Shown piece after piece: positions 1 through 11,683 of a stretch of 64,000 bases of DNA; within the stretch, counting starts at the first letter, position 1; each line of letters begins with the position of its first letter. The stretch is from assembly GCF_018350175.1 (NCBI RefSeq), contig NC_058378.1:74462001-74526000 (forward strand), given 5' to 3'. This stretch comes from Felis catus (taxonomy: Eukaryota). The position numbers were made by a program, and so were the translations under genes. A model generated the notes under the pieces. That model had not been told where the DNA came from. It did no database searches and saw nothing but the letters and a program-made list of their open reading frames with translations.

Positions 1-2899
1 CGGAAAATTATATACTGCTGATGCAAACAGGCACGACTTTACAAATTGTGGAGTTAACCACACAACACATTAGTTGATGCTGATGATGCCAAAGCACCTG
101 TGATTTATAATTAAAAAAAGCAAGCGTAGCAATTTTAAATCACAGATAACTCGATAGCCATCATAAAGGGATGAAACATCTTCCTGAAAATGACAAGAAT
201 TCCAACTACACCTTCCAGTCCACGTGCAGTAGGCGCTTTGCAGCATGCCAAGTGTTCAACGGCATCCAGACTTTTCAGAAGTGGCACAGACCACAAAGTC
301 AATGCGGTGTACTCACCGCACCCCATCCAGCTTCTTCCGGGTCCATCGCTGAGCCCGATTTCTTCACTGGCTGCACTGAGGCTGGGACGTGACTGCGCTC
401 TGGCCAAGGGGACATCTGCAGAAGTGACGTACAGCACGGCCAGGCCTGGCGCATGAAAGCGTGCTGCGTGGGGGCCTCCGCTCGCTTTGCCTGCTGCCTG
501 ACCTTGGAGACAGGTGGTAAATGGTGGCACAAGAAAGGAGGAGCCTGGTTCCAGAATACTAGGGTGGCGCTGAACGGCTGCAGGGAGCAACACACTGGCT
601 TCCCTCGTCCTCGGCATCGTGAGTCAGGAGGCAACGACACGGAGCTGTATGCTTGTACCGTGATAGGTGATAAGCCAGTGAAATCTGGGGTTATTACATT
701 ACAGCTGGTAACTTGCCTAACACCGGGTTCTTAAGGAACTCCAGAAAATGTGCTATTTAGGGTATGAATATTACATTTCAGGAGTCCTTTAAACACACTC
801 AGATTCTGAATAATGCTTAGTTGTACACAAAAAATGCACATATCTGCCTTTGTGGCTCTGTCTTCCACGTCCCAGAAGATCTCGATCTCTGCAGCCCACC
901 CTGGGCTGGAAGAGGAGACTGAAGGAATAAAAGCACATTTTAGGAAACTGGTCTGCCAAGCTTTGTATTCATTCACTCAAAAATGTTTTTTTCTAACACC
1001 TGCTACCTGCCAAGCATCAGGCTGGAGACTCGGGGCAGAAACACGAATGCCATGTGGGCACTGCCCTCAAGTTCTCCACGGCGGCGGGAGGGAAAACAGT
1101 GACCAGCCTGTATCAGTGAACGATGGGAGGCCCGTAGAAAGGAAGACTTACGTAAGAAAATGCTGCAGCACACGGATCAATTACCCTCTCCACCTCCCTA
1201 GAAAGAGCAGGCCGGGCTTCCGAGAAGAGGGGCAGGGAGATGAAAGAGACTGCAAGTTAGTGACTGCGAGGACAAGCGAAGAACCCCCGTTCTCTGTTGG
1301 AGTAATCCCACAAAAAGCCTGATTCATTTCTCCTATCAGTTTGATGCAAGACTGTAGGACCTACTCCAAGAACAGAAGCAAAATACCACATTTGTTTGTG
1401 GTTTACAAGGTGCTTTCTTCAGGTGGATTTCACTTTTTACTAAGAAAAACTGTGATGTCTAAGAAAGTGTTCCCTGGTCCTTTCCAGTTTTAATCCTACG
1501 CTATGCACACGCAGGGCGATACCACGGCCTCCCTGCACCTGCCATCACAGGTGAGCCAGAGACATCACAAAGAACACGATCCAGTTCCACAGCTACCCAG
1601 TTTACCCTCAACTTTGCTCAGCATTCTCTCGGACACTAGTCCCAAGAGTCCAGGAGACTCTAAACAGATCAATCTAGCACAACTGGAAAAAAATAACCTG
1701 CAGCACACGTCCTAGTGATAGGAGTCCATAGCTTCAAAAATACCTTCGGTGGAGATATTAACGTGAGCAATCTAAAACGTCTCCTATCACTGACGGCTGA
1801 TGTCGGGACGAGAAACAGGAACATACTGTTACGTAACGACATAACTACCTTGACCGTATTCTCCAAATTCCACTCAAGATAAAGCTGCTTTCTGGAAGTT
1901 TGAACTGCTTTCTTTTCCAAGATCTATTTATAGTCGATCCTCCTTCTTTACACTATAAATTAGAGCAACCGGCAACCCTTTTATTCCAAATGTGTTACAT
2001 TTACCACAAACATGGTTTGTATACAGATGAAAGGTTAACTTCCCAGGAACCTGGATGGTTGTTATCCTCATACCTGACATCCCAAAGAATAGGGAGAAGA
2101 GAAATAAAATTTTTAAATCTTGTTTTTTTGTTTTTTTTTTAAATGCTTGCGAGCGTTTTATGCATATATCAAGAAACAACTCTAATTCTGATAGAAATAG
2201 CACTCATACTGAAATCGCCCAAACAAAGCCTGAATCGGGCAAAATGCCACACTCACTTTTCAAATCTGTGGCAGTCCATGTGAACAGCCCAAGTAAAGGG
2301 CAATTAAAGAGCTGAGGACACTTATTTTTCCATATGCTGCCATAATTTAAAAACATTATTTTCCTATCATTTCCCATTTTTCTTGCTTTTCTTTGACTCT
2401 AAAATTATATAAATTACCCAATCTCTAAGTTATCTCAGACAGTTGTTTTTAATTATCTTCTTCATAAAAAGAAGTTCAGTGAAAGTGGGGAGAAGCCAAT
2501 ATATTCCTATTTACCCCTGTAATTTAGGACTTAATATATGCAATATACTATGTAAAATCCCAAAATGAAATATCTGAGAGCGGCATAACAAAACTATGGA
2601 CTCAATAAAACATTAATACCACCTGATAAAAATATATTTCTTTGGAGTGTAGTTTATAAAGAAAACTGAACAATACTTTTTAAAGCCATGGCAAATATTT
2701 ATTGCTAAAAGAAAACGAAAGAAACACGTTTCCTGTGAAAATGTTAAATGCCTACTTTAACGCGTCATTAGGAGATCGGAAGACAGGTGGGAGAGTACGG
2801 TCTAAACGGGTGCTTGTTAGCACTGTATTTTTCGCTTCTAGTGGGACAAAACAAAGCACTGCTTTTGAATAAAGTATGATATGACAGTATATAAAACAT

Positions 2900-3090
2900 A
2901 GTAACAGCTACCGTTCAGGGGTTCCCTATCTGGGCCCTGGCTTTATACCATGTACTTGATTTGAAACTTATCATCACCCAGTCCTACCAGGTAGGTATTC
3001 TTTTCCTTGTTTCAAAGATGGAGATGATGAGGTTTATAGAGGTCACAGAGGTAGCGAGCCAGGGTTCCCGCTCCGGTCTGCATTCTAGAC
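2900..3090 (-). mobile_element. MIR remnant
   Basis: Degenerate MIR core (ttcaaagatggagatgatgagg...gaggtcacagaggtag). Confidence 0.55.
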
Positions 3091-3986
3091 ATTACTGCCT
3101 TGAGGAAAAACTTCTATTTCCCATGGCAGACACTCTACGATACTACTCTATAATTGCTTAGGATTCCAATACATTCATCTCAGTCTTTGCTTAAGGTTTC
3201 TTTAATCAGCTGTTCCACGGTGGACTTCTGCAAAATCCATAAGCTCATTTAAAGGTACATTCGCAGTTCCAACTTGTACTAAGGAATAAGAAAAGTACCG
3301 TTATATGCATAACTGAGAACTCAGATTTTGAAAACCTGATCTTTATCATTACCATGAGAGTGAGCATTCCCATGCCTACAAATCATCATACAGATGCACT
3401 TTGATATATTTACAGTACCCACAAGGGTCACAAAATTCCAGTAAAGAGTCACAAAGAAAAGCTACTTCTAAAGAGCCACTTGCTAAAGGCAGGTGACACC
3501 TACTATGAAAACCAGTAAGACCTAACATGAGCCAGCTATTCTTAGAGAATAGCCCACGGGTTGCTATGGTCCACTAATCCTCTCCAGAGAGCCCAGGAAC
3601 TAATCCCTGGAAAATAATATCTAGAAACACAACATATCACCTAAATTTCTGGCTTAAATGAACACCCACTGGTGATTCACTCTCACCATGTCTCATCAAA
3701 AGCTATGCTGCTCTCTTCACAAGTTTCAGTTGAGTTTCTGGCTCACATAAGTAGAAAATAGACTAGGGTAGGGACTAAGAATCTTTTATCCTTCTAAGAT
3801 AAAAAGTCCAATCCAAAGATGTATGCAATGATTCCTGGCTCCATAATTAATTATAAAAATAAGATAAGAATTTTGTTCAAGTCAAATAAAAGGAATTTAA
3901 AACATTCAAGTATTTTTAAAGGGATATTTGATACTTTAAGGACGCTATTTTTCAAAATAGCCCAACTTCCCCCATGTTAGGCTTAC

Positions 3987-4455
3987 CTTGAAGATGGCAT
4001 TATATTTGAAGCCCTGAATTTTGCTGTAAACGGATTAGTTGACTCATAATCGAAATAGTCCTGACGATTTTNNNNNNNNNNNNNNNNNNNNNNNNNNNNN
4101 NNNNNNNNNNNNNNNNNNNNNNNNNNNNNNNNNNNNNNNNNNNNNNNNNNNNNNNNNNNNNNNNNNNNNNNNNNNNNNNNNNNNNNNNNNNNNNNNNNNN
4201 NNNNNNNNNNNTTCCNNNNNNNNNNNNNNNNNNNNNNNNNNNNNNNNNNNNNNNNNNNNNNNNNNNNNNNNNNNNNNNNNNNNNNNNNNNNNNNNNNNNN
4301 NNNNNNNNNNNNNNNNNNNNNNNNNNNNNNNNNNNNNNNNNNNNNNNNNNNNNNNNNNNNNNNNNNNNNNNCACCNNNNNNNNNNNNNNNNNNNNNNNNN
4401 NNNNNNNNNNNNNNNNNNNNNNNNNNNNNNNNNNNNNNNNNNNNNNNNNNNNNNN
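3987..4455 (-). CDS. RAB11FIP2: RAB11FIP2 exon 3 (mostly N-masked; visible part has an EH-domain-binding NPF motif)
   Basis: Visible 3' end encodes NRQDYFDYESTNPFTAKFRASNIMPSS followed by donor CAAG|gtaagc at 3987/3986. The 5' boundary (~4455) is inside the N-run and inferred from the recalled protein length. The two 4-nt islands in the gap fit the expected G293-E294 and R346-K347 codons. Confidence 0.9.
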
Positions 4456-5183
4456 NNNNNNNNNNNNNNNNNNNNNNNNNNNNNNNNNNNNNNNNNNNNN
4501 NNNNNNNACTTGACAGATTCTGTGTGCACACTGCTGCTTTTAGAATGAGAGCAATTAGCTATTTAAAGATATTAACCTTTAAAATAATCAAGGAAAACAA
4601 TCTTAAAATGCTAAAGTATAGCAGTCTGAAGTAGGCAGGCTATTAATAATTAGCATATTGCTAGACAATCAGTAATTTACTCAGCTCAGAAAGAAACAAT
4701 CATATAAACACACTATAATGTCAAAACCAGAGGTTCTGGTGGGCACGATGGTGCTATAAATTCTCAAAGACGTTTTTCATCATTAGCATTAAATATACTT
4801 TCCTACTCCTGCACACGCAAGGTTTTTCTTCTAGGAACTTTCTGATTAAATGGAATATCCATTTACATCTCAGGCTTCCGAGACTGAAGAAACAGCAATT
4901 AAGAAAAAAAAAAAGAGAGAGAGAAAGAGAATCCAGGCTTTGAAAAGCAACTGGGACTTATTTTTGTTATCACTTAATATAACCACAATGCTGAATGCAG
5001 ACAAGTTCTGCCTTTAATAAACATCAATTTTGAGGATAGTCAGCACTCACCAAAGATTTGATAACTAAACTTGAAAACTATCAAGAAGTTGCAATTTTTA
5101 ATTTTCTAATTTTCTCAGTGAAACTCTGAAAATTAAAAGGGTAGTTCAGATCACTGAGGCTACGATTAGAAAGTGTCACTTAC

Positions 5184-5626
5184 CACTTTCCGGAACCGCT
5201 CCGAAGGAATCTGTCTGGCGTCCAAGAAGATGTGTCTGACCAGCGGTGCCAGACTTCAGCTTCTCAGAAGATATGTGGGTCCCAGTCAGATCAGACATCG
5301 AATGTGCCGAAGAGAGTCGCTGAGGACCCAAAAGGAAAGGCTTTTTTGGTTTGGATTTCATCTGCATTTCACCACTTGAAAATTCAGTACTGGCATCGGG
5401 CACGTGAGAACTTGGAATGATGGCAGAAGACGTATCAGAAAACGTCCCATCGTTTTTTCTACCTTTCATCTTATCTTTTAATTTCGCAAAAGGAGACCTT
5501 GTTTTGTCCTTCATTGATAAGTCAAACATACTTGCTGTCATATTGTTCCTCATGAATTGAATATTGACCTTTATCTCACCCCTGTTTTTGGCTCTTTTTC
5601 CTTGTTTGGATTCTAATCTAAACCAC
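5184..5626 (-). CDS. RAB11FIP2: RAB11FIP2 exon 2 (end of C2 domain; includes the Ser227 MARK2/Par1b site region RLSSAHSMSDL)
   Basis: Minus-strand acceptor ccttctctttaag|GTGGTTTAGA at 5627/5626 and donor GAAAGTG|gtaagt at 5184/5183; 443 nt. Encodes WFRLESKQGKRAKNRGEIKVNIQFMRNNMTASMFDLSMKDKTRSPFAKLKDKMKGRK...VPESG. Confidence 0.97.
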
Positions 5627-6290
5627 CTTAAAGAGAAGGGGGAAAAAAAAAACTGGGTTGTAACATGTAACAAAGAGAGGATATGTGCTTGTTATGTACA
5701 AATAGCTTTTCAGGCTAAGCTATTATTACAAATCAAGGCACTCTAAGCATGACAGTGATTATGTGTCCATCTGACGTAAATGTTGCTAGTGGCCCAAGAA
5801 CACCGTTTAAGGTTAAAAGACACTGAGGTAAAGACTACTGAAAGAATTCATCAATACAAACTACTTTTGAGCACTATAAAATGATAAAGGTTCACATTTT
5901 TTTAACAAATACATATTTAGCCCCAACCCCCAAATATTTCTTCTCTAAAAACTACTAAAAGAATGTTGTTGATATTGGAGACCACTGCACCGGAGTTTGC
6001 TAATCATGAAAATTACATGTGATGTGAATTTAGATCCATGTGAAGTGGGTCAAAGCCTTCTCCTGAATAAAATCTGAAAAATGTGTAAAACGTAGGAAGT
6101 GACAATTAGTAATAACTCTTGCAAGGGTTTTGAAGAAAAGAGAAAGCCTAAATGCTTCCTGTTAGAATGGACTTGCTTCATTTGTTATTGCCACCGTAAC
6201 AATACCAAATAAAAATTCTCTTAATTGGGGCCAAATCTTCTGCTTTTAGTCAGTTCGCCAAATTGCACTGTCCGTTCTCAAATGACGTTA

Positions 6291-6734
6291 CAGGAGTCCC
6301 CCTTATCCGCGGTTTCACTTTCCACGGCTTGTTACCAGTGGTCAACCGCCTTCTGGAAGAAGATGATCCTTCTGGTACTTCCTCAGAAGGTCGGCGGTAG
6401 CCTCATGCTAGGTCAGGAAGCCTACATCACTCACCCCACTTCGCCTCAATCCGGAGGCATTTTATCATCTCACATGATCACAAGAAGGATGATTACAGGA
6501 CAGTAAGAGATGTGAAGAGAGAGACCCCATTCGCGTTACTCTTATTATAGCATATGTTACGACTGTTCTGTTGTATTATGAATTTCTTACTGTGCCTAAT
6601 TTATAAGTTAAACTTTATGACAGGCACACATATATAGGGAAAAACATAGTGCATCTAGGGTGGGGTACTAGCCACACTTTTAGGCAACCACTGGGGTCTT
6701 GGAACGGATGCCCCGTGGATAAGAGGGGCTACTG
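6291..6734. mobile_element. MER44/Tigger7-like Tc1-mariner non-autonomous DNA transposon
   Basis: Terminal inverted repeats CAGGAGTCCCCCTTATCCGCGG (6291) and CCGTGGATAAGAGGGGCTACTG (ends 6734), with TA on the left flank. Internal sequence resembles MER44. Confidence 0.85.
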
Positions 6735-7709
6735 GATAAGAGGCAAAGTTTATTTTGGTTTTGTTCACAGTACTTTTATCCATGAGAAAGTCTTCAGTTG
6801 TCAGTGTTACAAGTGGTCATTCTATAGGGAAAACAGCCAAGAGAAAAAGAAAAAAATTTGCAAAATCGAGCCTAGAAGAAAGTTTCTACAGTGTTTTCCC
6901 ATTACTTAACAATGAAGCATAAACCGCACACAGGGTAGTACTTAAATACAGCTCTAATAAAGTGTAACAGATTTTCTTAGCTACAAAGGAACTGTGATCT
7001 AAGTTTACATTAGTACTTTCTCTCCTTGTTACTAAGAAGATACCCAAGAAGCTTATGTTTACCATACACCAAGTGAAGACTGGTTCACGGGTCTTTCCAG
7101 GCAGGAGAGGAAATTAGCACATAGCGTATATACCAGCCACATCTTAGCAAGCAGCACACAAGAGAAATATTTTCTTCGTTAATTTGAGGCATTTCAATCA
7201 ATTAAGATTTAGTTGCATCAAAGCAAGCAATTGATTAAAATAAAGTATTTTATAACAGAAAGCCTTAATCAGAGACCCTAAACTGAGAAAAGCCCTTGAG
7301 GCCAATGGTGAAATCTGAAGACACAGGGACTAGAAATAAGAAATGACAGCAATAAACTCTGTGGAATAGAAAACCTTGAACGATACAGAACTTAGCACTT
7401 GAAAAGCTTGGTAATAAAACAAGGTTATATACCCAGCTATTAATTCCCAGTTTGGGATAATAAAGCCATTTTAAATAAGGGAAAAATGCTTCTGACGGAG
7501 GGTACGTGGGAAATATTCTGTACCATTTTAGGCTTTACACAAAATAAGCGAAATACACTTTGCAAGAAACATACCAAAAACAAAACAAAAGACCTACGCA
7601 TGTAGGACTTTCACGTATATAACAAATCAAAGCAAATCTGGGAAAAAAAAAATAAACCAATAAACCAATAACCCGGTAAATGGAAGAGGGTAGAAGTAAT
7701 CGAAACTCA

Positions 7710-7815
7710 CTGAATTTCAGAGATAAGGCCAAACCAATCATCTAATTTAACATCCGCTTTTCACAGATGAGGAAATTGAGGCACAAACGGTAAGTAACTT
7801 CCCAATGTCAGATTA
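7710..7815 (-). mobile_element. MIR remnant
   Basis: ttttcacagatgaggaaattgaggcacaaacggtaagtaacttcccaa matches the MIR core. Confidence 0.7.
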
Positions 7816-8965
7816 AAGTTCAATAAGGAAAATATCCAAGTGGATGAACAACATGTGCATGAAAACAGTTGCTCTTTCCTATGTGATGAACCACATATGT
7901 TAGTAACATTAAAGGCAGGGCTGGTCACATGTTATAGAACACTCTATTTAATCAAGAGACAGTGACAGCCAAAGAGGAAGGCAGCACAGGTTTTCTACTG
8001 CTAAAGGGTAAGCTACTTGAAGAGTTTGCCTTGCACTCAATAAATGTTTACTGAATACTTTTTCTAAAACTCTATTCTTAACACAACCGAGCTATAATTC
8101 CGTGTGTGTGTTGCATTGCTTTATTTTATGGTAGGGAACACTAAAGACTTAGGTAAGCTTTGAAGGATCAAGCAAGTCGGTATTTGAATACAAACTGTAA
8201 ATACGGTATATTTTCCATCCTCCCCCCACCCCGCCCCAAGGAGAAAACTGCAAAGCACTTTTAACGAATATGTAAACTTAAAATTTAGGCATGACAAATA
8301 ACTTCAGCTGCTTTGTTTTGAAAGTGATATAATGGGGAAGTCTTAATGAGACCTTCAAGAATCATTCCAGAGATAGTACTTATTTTCCCAGGCTTCAGAA
8401 AGATAAAATGAAGACACATCATTTGGGGCTTAGTGGATTAATGCTGATTTTTTTCACCTCTGGAGTACCGGGTTTCAACTGCGTCTGGCCTCTGTTCAAT
8501 TTTTAGCGGGCACAGGCCCATGTTCAAAAGCCACCACACATGTGGGAACTATTCCCAAGCAATCGGTGCTGTGTGGTCAGAAACGGGACAAGATTGGCAG
8601 GAAGGGTGCCAGAGGCCAGGACACAGGTGCACTGCAGACTCACACAAAAGTCCTAAAATCTGCATGTGTTTGAGTCATACCTAACTCGAGGGACTCTGAT
8701 TGTTATTACTTTTCATGAGCATTTAAAAAAAAAAAAAAAAAAATCAACATCACCCAGTTCTGCTGTAAAAAAAAAAAAAAAAAATCAATAGATATTACAT
8801 AACAGCATGAACGATTTTACCATTCTATTATTAAACATTGTATTATTTCCTTAAATCTTGTGCCAGAACCAGCCCAGACACTCATAAAAGTGGGAGATAC
8901 AGAAGTTCTCTTTCCGTGCCCCACTCAAAGTGTCCTGGCTCAGGCCCTTTCCCTCTCCTGACAGG

Positions 8966-9011
8966 AGAAGAGAAGAAAAGAAAAGAAAAGAAAAGAAAAG
9001 AAACAAAAAAA
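8966..9011. repeat. (GAAAA)n purine-rich repeat
   Basis: gaagagaagaaaagaaaagaaaagaaaagaaaagaaac, read directly. Confidence 0.85.
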
Positions 9012-11330
9012 GGCATTTAATTTCAAATCATAAAAATAAGCAAAATAAGAGTTTTAGCCTTCATGCTTCTCTCCCTATCATGACACAATTGGAAGACAAG
9101 CTGTAAATACTTGTCTTCAGCGTCGAGAGTAAAAAGTGTCACACCCAGCAGCTTCGTGGGACTTCTAAATCAGCTGGTGGCCTTCATCACTCATACCGGT
9201 TTTCTAAGAAGCACTTGGGGATAGGCCGACAAGGCTCAGCACTGTGCAGAATATTAAATATCTTTCTTGCAATACACCGGTGGCTCAAGTTCCTCGCTCA
9301 CTGTGCCACGTGCACAGCTGTGCTGCAAAAGGAAGCTATTAAATATATTAAAAACCCAGAAATATTACCAATAAAGATATCTCATCAAATATGTGGTCCT
9401 CATTTATCCACAAAGAAAATGGGATTTAATAACACATGAAAATCGCTTCACATGCAATAAACATCACAAGCCCTGTTGATAACATTTAAAAGCGTTTTCC
9501 CCCTAAAAGTTCTTATCAGTTTTATGTAGTGGCCAATAGAGAATTCCCGTAGGGAGACTACGATAAGAGAGTGTTGCTTATGATCAAATTTATTGTCATT
9601 CGGATGCTGACAAAGATAAAGAGTACAACAAGAAGGAACTTTAAAAGCTTAGTTCATCCTCTGAGTTTCCGAATTCACAGTTGGGCCTACTTTCACTCAG
9701 AAAACTTCTACTGGAGAGAAGGCCTGAAATACATCATTCGAGAACCTAAAAAGTGCCAAAGTGCAGCATAATATTTCAAGTTATAATATGCTTAAAAGTT
9801 TACATTCAAAGCACTTTAAATATTATAGAGTGAGTGTCATCCAAAGTTGGTGATTTGAAACAAATTCTTTGCTAATTATCCACTTTTTTTTTTCAGTTTA
9901 AATTTGATGGAGAACTCCTCAGGGGAAACTGAATACCACTTTGTAGGAATCAAACAGTGATCAACATCACTGATATATATTCAACTTTACATTTTTTAAG
10001 CCCTTTCTCTTTTTCTTAAAATACTGTTACCTCTTGGTGAGCTTAAACGTTTACCATTTTCCCTCATGCATTCCCAGTACTTATCCCTCTACCCTTTTAC
10101 CCTGCGTATATTAAATCTTACATACAGTTCCGATTTAAAAGACATTTTTTAATAAAAATAAAAACTGCAACCAGGAGAAGCCTGCAGGAAGATATGTACA
10201 GAAAATAATAAGACACGGTTGTTCTAAAAATGTAAGAAATTAACACGAACCTCAAGAAAGAAAGTTACGCTTATAAAAGTTTTTAAAAGGGCAAATAAAT
10301 TTCAGTTATGACCGAAAGAAACACCAAAGCTGCTTCGGAAACTTGAAGTCCTGTTATAAATTCAACCTGTATTTTTCTCTCATTAATTCCATTAATCTTA
10401 AGGGTCTCTCAGACCAGAATAATTATAGGCTTAAGAAAGGGTGAGTACACCTATCTCTGGAAATTTACTATTTTTCCACTTGAGACATAACATCCAGTGT
10501 TAAATTCTATTATCCTTTTTTTAAATGAGAACGTATCTACTCTAAGCTTGAAAGTCACAGGTAAAAGGTCATGTTTGTATTGAAAAGGTCATCAAATCAC
10601 TTCATCAGAACTGAACCCTTGTCTCCAGTCTGAGAACATTCCACATAGTCTAAACATGCCGACTTTACAGAACTAATTCTGAAGTAATACACTCCCTCCA
10701 ATACGTTGTAAATTCAAAAATGTTAGTGTCTATTGAAGGTTGAGAATATTTGTACGTAGTTTTCATTTTTTTTTTTCTTGTAACGGCTTTAGACTCCATC
10801 AAGCTGTACTGACCCTGAAAGATGGTTGAGCTAAAATAAAGGCCAAGTTTATAAAGCTGCAATGAAATACTGAGCTCTAAATGTGGTAATTTATCTTCTG
10901 ACAGAGTTCAATACGTGACCTGATATTGGAAGACTTAATTTTCTGATGTTCCAATTCCTGGAAAATTGTAATGTTTAATGATTATAACAATTTACACATA
11001 CATGAAGTTTTAGTTGGTCAACACTGGGATCCAGTCCTCCTAGGAGTAGTGAAACAATGTCAATTTACTTACAATTCAAAGCAAAATATTCAATTATTTA
11101 AGATGTTTCCCTTAAACGCAAAACGAGAGTAATGGATCCTTAACGACTCCATTTAAAAAATATTTCTTCACAAGGGCTACTTCGACTTCAGATGTGCGCA
11201 AATGTGGTGCCCAAAACTAGGTCATGTTTCAGTCCAAAAACCAACGCCCCAGTTACACAAATAATTTCCAAGAACAGAAAATCCATAAATATCATCTCCC
11301 CCCAAATTCAAANNNNNNNNNNNNNNNNNN

Positions 11331-11683
11331 NNNNNNNNNNNNNNNNNNNNNNNNNNNNNNNNNNNNNNNNNNNNNNNNNNNNNNNNNNNNNNNNNNNNNN
11401 NNNNNNNNNNNNNNNNNNNNNNNNNNNNNNNNNNNNNNNNNNNNTATTTCTCTGGATTCCCCTGCATTAGCAACCCAGGTAGCTCAAAAGAGGCCTCTTC
11501 CTTCCAGACTGGCTCAAGGGTTTTCTCGGCTACAGAGGTGGAGTACTTTTCCTTGCCCAGCTGAATTATAGTGTATGTGTCATTGGTGCCACTTTTGCCT
11601 TTGGGCTTCAGATCTTTGGCTTGGAGCACTGTGACCTGCACGTGGGTAGGAAACCACTTTTGGGCTTGCTCGGACAGCATCAT
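11331..11683 (-). CDS. RAB11FIP2: RAB11FIP2 coding exon 1 (N-terminal C2 domain)
   Basis: Translation MMLSEQAQKWFPTHVQVTVLQAKDLKPKGKSGTNDTYTIIQLGKEKYSTSVAEKTLEPVWKEEASFELPGLLMQGNPEK matches the recalled N-terminus of mammalian Rab11-FIP2. ATG-ATG at 11683-11678. The 3' end is inside the N-run 11313-11444; boundary 11331 is inferred from the phase of exon 2 and the recalled protein (353 coding nt). Confidence 0.96.

Noticed and set aside
135-1322. 160-aa and 169-aa ORFs and relatively CpG-rich sequence at the left edge
   Set aside because: These lie in RAB11FIP2 intron 3. They do not resemble the remaining FIP2 exons or any protein I recognise.
3987-11683. RAB11FIP2 as a truncated gene or pseudogene
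   Set aside because: All visible coding sequence is open with canonical splice sites and consistent phases. The missing parts are N-masked or outside the window.
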